Assembly (NCBI GenBank): GCA_019058445.1
Contig: JAHPZA010000010.1
Location: 192,001 to 256,000 of the forward strand
Length of the DNA: 64,000 nt
Direction of reading: 5' to 3'
Source of the DNA: Promethearchaeota archaeon
GTDB lineage: Archaea > Asgardarchaeota > Lokiarchaeia > Sigyniarchaeales > SOKP01
Under the pieces are notes generated by a model that saw only the letters and a program-made list of their open reading frames with translations, made no database searches and had not been told where the DNA came from. Shown here piece by piece: positions 42,268 through 51,841 of this stretch (position 1 is its first letter; each line of letters starts with the position of its first letter). A program made the position numbers and the translations under genes.

Positions 42268-43455
42268 CTAAAATATTTGTTTTGAGGATACAAGGGTTTT
42301 AATACTATCTTTAATCTTATATTCTTCTATATGAAGATCTTTTTTCAGAAGAGAGCGAAGAGATCTGCCTCTTCGAGTGTAGATTTTGAGTTTTCTTCCA
42401 ATACAGTCATCTATAGTGTGGATAATATCAAATAAGGTAACTTTTTCATTACAAATGCTCCCTCCAAATTTATTTTCAGGGAATTTTACAAGCAATGGAA
42501 TTTCTTTTTGTATTTCATAGCCTCCACTATGAAAAAAACGGACAAAATCCCATTTAGAAAGGTATATTTCTTTTAATTTAGGAAGAAATCTAAAACCTTT
42601 CTTAGATATTATCTTATTATAATTATTATAAAAACTTCTCTTAATATAGCAATATAAATTATGAAATCTTTTTGTAAAATGTTTTCCAATATCCCCTAAT
42701 CCTTCACCATGATCAGAAGTAATTATAATTAAAGATTCATCATATATGCGATTCTTTTTTAAAATTTCAATAAATTCTCTAATATAATTATCTACTATTT
42801 CGTATATTCTTTGAGTATATACTTTTTTTACAAATTTTTCAGTTAAATCCTTATTCATCACTCTCTTTATTAAATTAATGCCAAGTTCTTTATAACTCTG
42901 ACCTGTGATTTTATTTTCTAAATGAGAGTTTATAAGATAATTATGATGGGTGTTCCAGAAATGTAAGAATACAAAATTTTTAGTTTCATTGATATTACTT
43001 AAACTTTTTTTCCAAATTTCTGGTATTCCATTTTTAACATCATCAGCGCTTCCATTATAATCTTCAAGTGAATTTCCAAAATGGCTTCTATTCCATACAT
43101 ATTTAGGATTAATTCCTAAATCATTGATGATATCCCCACGATAAGGTATTTGATTATTTAAATTAAGTTGAATGGAATCTTTAAGAGGATATGCTAAAAT
43201 AATTGATCCATTACAGAAAGATCTTATATTATATCCATTTTTCTTTAATTGAATGGGAAAATTCTCATTTTTAGATTTTCCAAAATAATCACCATAAAAA
43301 ATTGTATAGTGAGAAAGACATGTTGAAGTGTATAAGGAATAGCAATTATTAAATCCGACAAAGTCCTTTTCCAATTCTCTTAATTTATTTTTTATTGTAT
43401 CGAAAAAGAAATCCCGCCTAACACTATCAAGAACTAATAAAAATATGTTTTTCAT
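42268..43455 (-). CDS. Sulfatase-like (alkaline phosphatase superfamily) hydrolase/transferase
   Basis: LVLDSVR.D, TSTCLSH, FLHFWNTH, ITSDHGE, H, IPLLVK. Confidence 0.78.
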   Translation of the reverse strand: MKNIFLLVLDSVRRDFFFDTIKNKLRELEKDFVGFNNCYSLYTSTCLSHYTIFYGDYFGKSKNENFPIQLKKNGYNIRSFCNGSIILAYPLKDSIQLNLNNQIPYRGDIINDLGINPKYVWNRSHFGNSLEDYNGSADDVKNGIPEIWKKSLSNINETKNFVFLHFWNTHHNYLINSHLENKITGQSYKELGINLIKRVMNKDLTEKFVKKVYTQRIYEIVDNYIREFIEILKKNRIYDESLIIITSDHGEGLGDIGKHFTKRFHNLYCYIKRSFYNNYNKIISKKGFRFLPKLKEIYLSKWDFVRFFHSGGYEIQKEIPLLVKFPENKFGGSICNEKVTLFDIIHTIDDCIGRKLKIYTRRGRSLRSLLKKDLHIEEYKIKDSIKTLVSSKQIF

Positions 43456-43666
43456 TTAAGAATACTACTTTCATTAACGCAATTAGATGTTAATTTATAT
43501 AAGATATAATACAATTAAGAGTTTTCTTATTATGTTTAGGCTAAAATTATTAATTGGAAAAAATCAATTAATCTTTCTGATAACTTAATATCTGGCAAAA
43601 TAATTAATTAAAGATTGAACTTAAAAAAAATAATCAATATGTTTTATCAGATTTCTCATAAGTAAA

Positions 43667-44857
43667 TTAGGAAGATAATTCAATTATCATTTCACATTTT
43701 TTTTTAAAAGTTTGATTTTTTGCTTTATTATATGCGTTTTCTATTAATTTTTTTTGAAGTTCAGTGTTATTCACTAATAAATTAATTTTTTCACATAAAT
43801 CAATAGGATCGTCTGGTTTAACGAAGAGACATTCATTATTATTACATATATCTATATTCCTTCCTATTTTAGTTGCTATGAAAGGGGTTTTAGAAGCCAT
43901 ATATTCAATAATTTTTACAGGAGACATAAAATCTAAGGTGGGACAATTTGAATTAAAAGTAGCCAATAGTACATCCGCTGCTTTTAAGTAATATGGGACG
44001 ATCCTTTTTTGTCTCATTCCTAAAAAATGTACATCAGATTTAATTTTTTTGTGAAGTAAAAATTTTTTCCATTTGTTATTATTTCTATTATTTCCACCAA
44101 TGAAGTAAAAAGAGAATTTTTTTTTATTTAGAATTTCAGAAGCGTATAAAATAGTATCAATACCCCTATCATCCTGTAAAGTTCCTGAATACAGTATGAT
44201 GATTTTATTAAGAGATAAATTTAGTTTTTTTCTTATTTTTATCTTGTCGTAATTAATCGAATCAAATCTAGCGATATCTATAGCATTGTCCATAAATTTG
44301 ATTTTTTTTTCAGGGAATCCGAAATTTATGAGTTTTTGTTTCAAAAAATCATTTAAAGTTAAAATTCCTCTGAAACTATCATTGTCTTTAATTTGTATCA
44401 AATAATCGGCTTCATAAATGTTTCTATATCCATGTATATCGATGATAGTATGGATTTTACTATTAATAAGTTTATAAGCTGCCTTAAAGGTATCCCTACA
44501 AATAACTAAGTCAAATCTATTTTTTATACAATAATCACTTACTTCAATTTCAGGATCTATACGATTATGTAGTTTTGGAAATAAAGTTAAAAAATTAATG
44601 ATCCCGCGAAATAATTTTAATTTTCTAAAATAATACAAAAAAGAACCTTTGAAGTATTTAATCTTAATTTTGTAATTAAGATCAAAAAATCTATGGATAT
44701 CACCTATTTTACTTTTCCATAGATCATTTTTCAATTCTTTTATACCTAAAACTTCAACTTCATGATTGAGATTATAAAGACCTTGAGCCAAACTTAAAGT
44801 ATTAATAATATCGGCACTAGGAGTTGGGATTGCTTTCTTTATAATAGCAATTTTCAT
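43667..44857 (-). CDS. Glycosyltransferase family 4
   Basis: NAID, YSGTL..RG, ADVLL, SPVKIIEYMA. Confidence 0.88.
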   Translation of the reverse strand: MKIAIIKKAIPTPSADIINTLSLAQGLYNLNHEVEVLGIKELKNDLWKSKIGDIHRFFDLNYKIKIKYFKGSFLYYFRKLKLFRGIINFLTLFPKLHNRIDPEIEVSDYCIKNRFDLVICRDTFKAAYKLINSKIHTIIDIHGYRNIYEADYLIQIKDNDSFRGILTLNDFLKQKLINFGFPEKKIKFMDNAIDIARFDSINYDKIKIRKKLNLSLNKIIILYSGTLQDDRGIDTILYASEILNKKKFSFYFIGGNNRNNNKWKKFLLHKKIKSDVHFLGMRQKRIVPYYLKAADVLLATFNSNCPTLDFMSPVKIIEYMASKTPFIATKIGRNIDICNNNECLFVKPDDPIDLCEKINLLVNNTELQKKLIENAYNKAKNQTFKKKCEMIIELSS

Positions 44858-45063
44858 GATTCTCTTAGTTAAATATAGCCAAACTGTTTTAATATATTAA
44901 TACTCAATAATTTATTATTAAAAAATATTGCTGAATACAAATTTTTACATAAATAAGCGTCTAAATTGAAGTTATTATTTAAATGGATTAAATATAATAT
45001 CAATATCGCTAATGGGTTTAATTAATAAAAAATTTTTATTTAAAATTTAAAGAACCAATCTAT

Positions 45064-46206
45064 TTAAGGTAATGTTAAAATTTTTTTATATATTTTAAGG
45101 TAATATTGTTTTGTTATCTTCTCCCAGCTATAGTCCTTTATTGATTCTAAAGCATTATGAATAATTTTTTCTCTTACATCTTTGTTTTCTATTATTTTTG
45201 TTGAGTATTCAAAAAGTTGATTAATATCATCGATATTTGTTATAAATCCATTAATGCTATTATTAATAACTTCTGGAGCCATCCCAACTTTGGTTGTTAT
45301 TACTGGTACTCCTGTTGCCATAGACTCTAATAATGCTAAAGGACCTCCTTCTACTCTGGAAGTTATTAAATAAAGATCCAATACATTATAACAATAAACC
45401 ATGTCCTTATAGTTATTTAAAAAAATATGTGTATAGGGAATATGGTATTCATCTAATCTTTTTTTAACAAAAATCCTACCGGGTCCTGTGAGTAGCACAT
45501 GAATATCAAATTGTTCACTTAAACGTTTCAAAACTTCACATAAAATATCTGGTCCTTTTCTTTCTACAGGGGTTCCATTTTTCCAGCAATCTTGTTGGAA
45601 GGACCCAATTATAATCTTGTTATGAGGTAAATTAAAATTTTTTTTTATTTTTATTCTTAAATCATTATTAAATCTTTTAAATTTTGAAAGATCAACGCCT
45701 AATGGAATAAGTATAATTTTACTTTCCTCAAAACCATATTCAATTAATTTCTGTTTTGCTATGTTATTTGAAGTATGTATTAAATCTAACTTCTGATTAA
45801 GATAATATAAAATTGATTTAATATTATCATATGAAGGAATATGGTATAAAGTTAGTATATTCTTATTTGATTTTCTCATTCCCAAAATTGAGTTATCTCT
45901 TATTAAACATGTGATCTCTCCATAGTGAATAATTTTATTTCTAGCGAAATATTGTGATGCAATTTCGGCGTTTATCGAATATAATTTCCGCAAATAATAT
46001 GTGATGTAATTTCCAACCCATTCGATTGCCCAATTAGCCTCTTCGACCAAATAAATTAATTTAGCTTTGAAAGAGAGTATAATCCGCTTTAAAATCCTTA
46101 ATGATACTATTTTCTTTTTTAAAAGAATAAAATCAATTATTTTAATTATAATGTCTAAAGAATGATTAATAATACCCGTTTTTAAGTGGACAATCTTTAA
46201 GTACAT
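45064..46206 (-). CDS. Glycosyltransferase family 4
   Basis: IPLGVD, IGSFQ, KGPD, SRVEGGPLALLESMA. Confidence 0.9.
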   Translation of the reverse strand: MYLKIVHLKTGIINHSLDIIIKIIDFILLKKKIVSLRILKRIILSFKAKLIYLVEEANWAIEWVGNYITYYLRKLYSINAEIASQYFARNKIIHYGEITCLIRDNSILGMRKSNKNILTLYHIPSYDNIKSILYYLNQKLDLIHTSNNIAKQKLIEYGFEESKIILIPLGVDLSKFKRFNNDLRIKIKKNFNLPHNKIIIGSFQQDCWKNGTPVERKGPDILCEVLKRLSEQFDIHVLLTGPGRIFVKKRLDEYHIPYTHIFLNNYKDMVYCYNVLDLYLITSRVEGGPLALLESMATGVPVITTKVGMAPEVINNSINGFITNIDDINQLFEYSTKIIENKDVREKIIHNALESIKDYSWEKITKQYYLKIYKKILTLP

Positions 46207-46502
46207 CTATTATTTTACCATATATTTAACTAAGATAAGAGGATTATAAGTTTAATTTGATCCCTAATAATTATGACTAAAATTTCTATTCTAATTATTC
46301 TGATTAACTTACTAATAAAAAATCTACTTTAGTTCTTAAAGTTTCATAAATTAAAAACAGTATATGAATATTTAGTGGTTAGATATGCTTGATGAAATGG
46401 ATTTAGTACGAAATTTTCAATTAAATTTAATATGGAGAGAATTTTACATAACATAATTTTGATATATCTTTTCATTTCTCTTAAAAAAGTCTGATTTTCA
46501 AA

Positions 46503-47711
46503 TTGAACAAAAAAGTACTTTACTTTATTTACAAAGATCGCCATCCTGCCTTTAGATTACTCTATGAAAAACCCCCAATTAATATTAAGAACATTTTTAA
46601 AGAAAATATTAATGATATATCTTTTGAATCAAAAACTTCTGAAAACCAGTTTAGCAAGAGGTCTAGTCTCAAAAATTTAAAAATTACGATTAAAAACCTA
46701 TTCTCTGGATTATTCAATTTATTAAAACTACCCATTATCATTCCGGTCTTACCATCGAGAAGAATTTCTTATGATTATATATTTAGCGATAAACTAGTGG
46801 TGAGTAAAAAACCATTTATATGTTATGTTGATTATATTGGGAATTTAGTCAATTGGAATGATTTATTATTAAAATCAACTCTATGTTTAAGTATAATTAA
46901 GAAATTTTTTTTAAGTAAACGCTGTAAATATGTCTTTAATTGGAGTAAGTCGGCAAAAAATCAACTAATTCAGGTTTTGAACATACCTAAAAGCAAACAA
47001 CATAAATTTAAAACAATTTATCCCTCGATTGAAGGAAAAGTTAAAAGTGTGAGAAATGATAATTTAGTCCGGTTATTATTTATTTCTTCTGTCGCTAAAT
47101 TTGACAAAAATTTCAATTTTTATATGAAAGGTGGAAAATTAGTTTTGCAATCCTATGAAAAATTAAAATCAAAATACAATAATCTTCAATTAACGTATAT
47201 AGGTTATATTCCAGAAGAATATAAGCATTTTGAGCAACTTCCCGATGTGGATTTTTATCCAAGAGTATCTTATGCACATTTAATGGAATTATATAGTAAT
47301 ACCGATATTTTTTTATTTCCAACTTATGCAGATGTTTTCGGTTTCACTTTTATAGAGGCTATGGCTTATGGATTGCCAATCATTTGCATAAATAATAATT
47401 CAACAGCTCCAGAATTAGTAATAGATAATAAAACCGGATTTGTTGTTGAAACATCCCAGAAATTTCTATACTTTCCCTTATCAAAGTATTGTCCCGACTG
47501 GATATCTAAGATGAGGTATTACGATAACCTTAGGAATTATGACGATTCAAGAGGTTTGAATAATTTTATTGAAAAATTGGAGCTTTTAATAGTAAACAAA
47601 GAGTTAAGAGAGGAATTAGGAAGAAATGGTCGAGAAAGAGTTGTTAATGGAATATTTTCATTAGAATATAGAAATAAAAAATTATTTAATTTATTCAACA
47701 ATTCAAATTAG
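46503..47711 (+). CDS. Glycosyltransferase family 4
   Basis: LLFI..KGG, FLFPTYADVFGFTFIEAMAYGLP. Confidence 0.88.
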   Translation: MNKKVLYFIYKDRHPAFRLLYEKPPINIKNIFKENINDISFESKTSENQFSKRSSLKNLKITIKNLFSGLFNLLKLPIIIPVLPSRRISYDYIFSDKLVVSKKPFICYVDYIGNLVNWNDLLLKSTLCLSIIKKFFLSKRCKYVFNWSKSAKNQLIQVLNIPKSKQHKFKTIYPSIEGKVKSVRNDNLVRLLFISSVAKFDKNFNFYMKGGKLVLQSYEKLKSKYNNLQLTYIGYIPEEYKHFEQLPDVDFYPRVSYAHLMELYSNTDIFLFPTYADVFGFTFIEAMAYGLPIICINNNSTAPELVIDNKTGFVVETSQKFLYFPLSKYCPDWISKMRYYDNLRNYDDSRGLNNFIEKLELLIVNKELREELGRNGRERVVNGIFSLEYRNKKLFNLFNNSN

Positions 47712-47733
47712 GTTTCTTCATCTGAATTATCAT

Positions 47734-48540
47734 TTAATAGCATTCACATAGAATCATGATAAAGTCATGATACAAAAATGAAGCTAATTTAGGAGAAAAA
47801 CGAAATAAATTTAAGGAGATGGTATTTAATAATATATCTTTGAAATTCATATTTTTTCTATAATAGGGTGTATTCGATAAAAATTCGAAAACATTCGTGA
47901 AATTATACTCCAAGATAGTACCAGCATAGGATTCAATTTGGTGTTTTAAATTGTAAAAGTTATAAAAATTAATATGTCCTGAGTTTTGAGTAAAGAATTG
48001 TTTTCTTTCTTCTTTTTTCAGAAAATTCCAAATTCTGTAGTAGAAATTATCTTCTATAGGTACTTTAAATATAATAAATTCTGAGATCCGCTTAAGTTCT
48101 TTAAGGGCAAGGTGAGGTTTAGGAATATGTTCTAAAACGTCAATCATCAGGCAAAGATTTATTTCTTTATTCTCTAAGGATGTATTGCGAATATCCTCAT
48201 TTAAAGCTTTTTTCAAATCAGGATTTCTCTTCTTTTGAACCTCGAGAATTTCAGGACTTAAATCTAAGGCATATTTTTTTACAGAGATTTGATAATATCT
48301 TTCAATATAAACTGATACTCCTTTCAGGATTAATCCTGCCCCGCCTCCAACATCTAAAAGGGTAATATTATCCTTTTTATAATTATTCATAAATTTATCT
48401 ATAAACGGAATGATCTTTTTTAGCTTCCATGGTGAGTCAAATTCATGAAGTTTCGGAATCTTTTTAAGATACCCGTCTTCAATATAAAGCTTTTTTATTA
48501 AATCCTCTAACTCATTTTCATTCCTATCTGAAAAATTCAT
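47734..48540 (-). CDS. Class I SAM-dependent methyltransferase
   Basis: PWK, LLDVGGGAG, DVLEHI, KVPIE, GHINFY. Confidence 0.85.
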   Translation of the reverse strand: MNFSDRNENELEDLIKKLYIEDGYLKKIPKLHEFDSPWKLKKIIPFIDKFMNNYKKDNITLLDVGGGAGLILKGVSVYIERYYQISVKKYALDLSPEILEVQKKRNPDLKKALNEDIRNTSLENKEINLCLMIDVLEHIPKPHLALKELKRISEFIIFKVPIEDNFYYRIWNFLKKEERKQFFTQNSGHINFYNFYNLKHQIESYAGTILEYNFTNVFEFLSNTPYYRKNMNFKDILLNTISLNLFRFSPKLASFLYHDFIMILCECY

Positions 48541-48722
48541 ATATTTACAATTAGTTAATTATCTAATAAATGAATTATTCATTTCTACTTTTACCTCTTC
48601 ATCATAAAACCTAAAAAAATCAAAAAATAATATGCTATTAAAATTTTCTAAAATACCTAAATAGAAAAGATTATTTGAAACTCTGTATTTATATATAGAA
48701 ATTATAGATTAAATGATTCTTC

Positions 48723-49667
48723 TTGATTAAAAAGTTAACAGAATTTGGATACGAGAAATATAAGAAAATTCGATATAAAATGAATAAGGTAATTGTGAAA
48801 AGAAAGTCAAGACATATCGAATTGGATGATATTATTACTGATTTAAAAAATATGGGTTTAAAACAAGGAGATATTTTATTGGTACATAGCTCATTGAAAA
48901 AAATAGGTTTTGTGAAAGGTGGTCCTAAAACAGTTATAGATGCGATGATAAAACTTCTTGGTCCAGAAGGTACCCTTGTTATTCCAACATTTCCATTACA
49001 TAAAACCATGTACGAGTTATGCACAATGGACAAGTATATATTTGATTACAAAACTACTCCGACAGGCTTAGGTGCAATTCCCGCAGAATTTCTGAAGTAT
49101 GAAGGTATTTATAGAAGTATTCATCCAACACATTCTATTTCTGCTATCGGAAGATATGCGAAACAAATTACTGAAACACATCATTTAGGTAATAAAACAT
49201 ATGGTGAAAATTCACCATGGGCAAAAGTTATTGAATTAGGCGGAAAAATTCTAGGAATTGGAATTGATTTAGCATGGACTACCCAGTATCACCATGTTGA
49301 AGATATAATGGGAGATGAATTTCCAGTTAAAGTAAAAATTGATGAAATCTTTAAGGTTAAATGTAAAATGGATAATGATGAGTTAATCGATGTAGCTGTA
49401 CAACCCTTAGATCCAGAGGTAGCAAAAACTAGGATAGAGAAGAACCCATTTATCAATAAATATTTCTGGGAAATATATGAAAAATTAGCGATTTTAAATA
49501 TAGGACAAATAGGAGAAGCTTCCTCCTGGTGGGTAGATGCAGATAGATTTTGTGAGATGTTAAAAGTATTAGCAAAGTTAGGAATAACAATATATTCAAC
49601 AGAAAAAGAGATAAAAAGCAAAAATCTTTACCCATATGAAATAATTAAAAATAAATTAATTGAATAA
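48723..49667 (+). CDS. AAC(3)/YokD-family N-acetyltransferase
   Basis: GDILLVHSSL, GPEGTLVIPTF, RSIHPTHS, YGENSP, T..HHVE. Confidence 0.9.
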   Translation: MIKKLTEFGYEKYKKIRYKMNKVIVKRKSRHIELDDIITDLKNMGLKQGDILLVHSSLKKIGFVKGGPKTVIDAMIKLLGPEGTLVIPTFPLHKTMYELCTMDKYIFDYKTTPTGLGAIPAEFLKYEGIYRSIHPTHSISAIGRYAKQITETHHLGNKTYGENSPWAKVIELGGKILGIGIDLAWTTQYHHVEDIMGDEFPVKVKIDEIFKVKCKMDNDELIDVAVQPLDPEVAKTRIEKNPFINKYFWEIYEKLAILNIGQIGEASSWWVDADRFCEMLKVLAKLGITIYSTEKEIKSKNLYPYEIIKNKLIE

Positions 49668-49714
49668 TCAGATATTTAATACTTTTTAAAATGAGGATAC
49701 TTAGGTGAACTGCC

Positions 49715-50404
49715 ATGAAAATTATGATAGCAGGAGCGAGTGGAGGAATTGGTCAATACTTGACTAAGGAATTTGATAGAGAAGAAAACGAATTAATACT
49801 AACATATAATACATCAAAAGAAAGGATTTATAAGACTGCTAAAGCACGATCTACTATTTTCAAATGTGATTTTACAAGAAAGGCAGAAGTTATAGATATT
49901 TTTTCTAAAATTGAATCACTAGATGTACTTATTAATGTAATGGGGTATGTAGAAAATAATTTAATATGCAAAATGGAAGAAAAAGAATGGGATCGGGTAA
50001 TCGACTCAAATCTAAAGACAGTCTTTTTTTCTTGTAGATATGGAGTTGAAAAAATAGTTGAATATGGGCATATAATTAATGTTTCAAGTGTTTTAGGATG
50101 TACAGGAATGATTGGTGCCACAAATTATGCAGCATCTAAAGGGGGGGTAGAATCTTTCACGAAATCATTTGCATTAGAATGCCTTCATGATAGAAAAGTT
50201 TTTGTTAATGCCATTGCTTTAGGATATTTTAAAATTGGAATGGGTTTAAATTTAAATGCAAAAATAGAACAAATGACTAAAGAAAGGATTCCTTTAAAGA
50301 TGTTTGGAGAGCCAGAGGAGATTTTTAAATTGATAAAATATATTATCTCATCCAGGTATTTAGCAGGGCAAATAATTCATTTAAATGGTGGTTTAAGAGT
50401 ATAA
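49715..50404 (+). CDS. SDR family oxidoreductase (FabG/3-oxoacyl reductase-like)
   Basis: GASGGIG, SS, YAASK, VNAIALG, IP..FG.PEE, GQIIHLNGG; AGGTGA SD. Confidence 0.88.
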   Translation: MKIMIAGASGGIGQYLTKEFDREENELILTYNTSKERIYKTAKARSTIFKCDFTRKAEVIDIFSKIESLDVLINVMGYVENNLICKMEEKEWDRVIDSNLKTVFFSCRYGVEKIVEYGHIINVSSVLGCTGMIGATNYAASKGGVESFTKSFALECLHDRKVFVNAIALGYFKIGMGLNLNAKIEQMTKERIPLKMFGEPEEIFKLIKYIISSRYLAGQIIHLNGGLRV

Positions 50405-50427
50405 ATTTTAAGGTATTTAAAATTTTT

Positions 50428-51591
50428 TTAGTTTTTATCTGATAATATTTTTAATTCTAACATTAAAGCATCGCAAAAGAATTTAGTAGCCCAATTAGGA
50501 AAACTAAACATGTTATAAAAACCCCATACAGGATCCGAACCTTTTATAGCACCATCAATGTCTTTCCATCTTGGATCTAAAACTTGAGTTGATTTTAGAT
50601 AACGATTTAACTTTATCGCATTAAGTAAGAGGGTTTTATCTTTATAAATTTGATATAATTTTAGCCATATAATAGATAATTGAGCATCTCCAGTTAAACA
50701 ACTGTAAAAATCTGTACTTTGCCAGTTCGAATCAAAAGTAGCTGGCAAAAAACTTGATTTTTCATATGCTTCTAATAATTTTAAAGAAGCATTTAGAGCC
50801 ATTTTCTTATATTCAATATTATCTAAAATGATACCGGATTCTAGAAATCCTCTAATAGCATAAGAGATAGTATGCAAAAGAGGATTTTGACTTTTTTTAA
50901 ATGCATTATTATAAAACCAATGATTTGTATTTGATTGTTTCAGTGCCCAATTCAAATTTTTGATTGCGCATTCTCGATATTTTTCTGAATTAGTCATCAA
51001 AAATAATTCTAACAAAGCCCAAGCTACTCTAACATTATAAGTATGAGGAAGATTATTGAAACAGTGAGTTGTCCAATTACCGTCTTTATCCTGAACTTTG
51101 ATTAAAAAATCCCCAGCTTTAATAGCTGAATCTAGATATCTTTTATCTTTTAATTCCTTATAGGATCTAACTAATCCTAAAATTACTTGTCCAGTATTAA
51201 ATATTGTAGTTTTTTTTGATTTTGTAATAACATCACCTTGAAATCCTCCATCATCTAATTGTAAGGAACATTCCCAATCGGCAATTTCTTTGCAAATCCT
51301 TACATATTTTTTTTCTTTTGTCAAGTGATAATAATCAAAGAGTGTAGGGATAATATATCCAGACGTTTCAGGGTAGGAAGCCCCCCAACCGAATAATAAA
51401 GAATAGCTTGATGACACTCCTCCATCCTCAGTCATATTTTGAGCTTTAACTATCCAATCTATTGCTTTGTTAAGATGGTATTGAGAGGAGTATATTTTCC
51501 TCTTTGATTTTACCACATCAATAAAAAACAATTTGGGTAATAAATAACAACGACTTAATACCCCTTTATAAAAAACTCTTTTAAACTCCAT
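50428..51591 (-). CDS. (alpha/alpha)-toroid protein (prenyltransferase-repeat/glycoside hydrolase-like), function unknown
   Basis: Q..DGG repeats (QNMTEDGG, QLDDGGF, QDKDGNW), SYPETSGY, FNTGQ, CLTGDAQ, PNWATKFF.D. Confidence 0.65.
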   Translation of the reverse strand: MEFKRVFYKGVLSRCYLLPKLFFIDVVKSKRKIYSSQYHLNKAIDWIVKAQNMTEDGGVSSSYSLLFGWGASYPETSGYIIPTLFDYYHLTKEKKYVRICKEIADWECSLQLDDGGFQGDVITKSKKTTIFNTGQVILGLVRSYKELKDKRYLDSAIKAGDFLIKVQDKDGNWTTHCFNNLPHTYNVRVAWALLELFLMTNSEKYRECAIKNLNWALKQSNTNHWFYNNAFKKSQNPLLHTISYAIRGFLESGIILDNIEYKKMALNASLKLLEAYEKSSFLPATFDSNWQSTDFYSCLTGDAQLSIIWLKLYQIYKDKTLLLNAIKLNRYLKSTQVLDPRWKDIDGAIKGSDPVWGFYNMFSFPNWATKFFCDALMLELKILSDKN

Positions 51592-51841
51592 AGAATAGTT
51601 AAATCCTTTATCAGTAATTTTTATAAAAACCTAAGTTTAGAATCCCAAATTAAATTTACCGATTCTTAGAGTTTTGTCGAATAAGCCTCATTCGATTGAT
51701 CTAGTCTTTTAAATGAAAGAAATCTACTTTTTTATAGCAATATATTTTAAGAAATTTTTTTTTTTTAACCAATATTCTAGCAATAATAAAAAAACATCTT
51801 AAAACTTAATATTTCGAAAAACTTTATATCTTAGTAAAAAA

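Noticed and set aside
48723-49667. Aminoglycoside resistance gene
   Set aside because: Family membership alone is insufficient, and the context is glycan biosynthesis with no mobile element.
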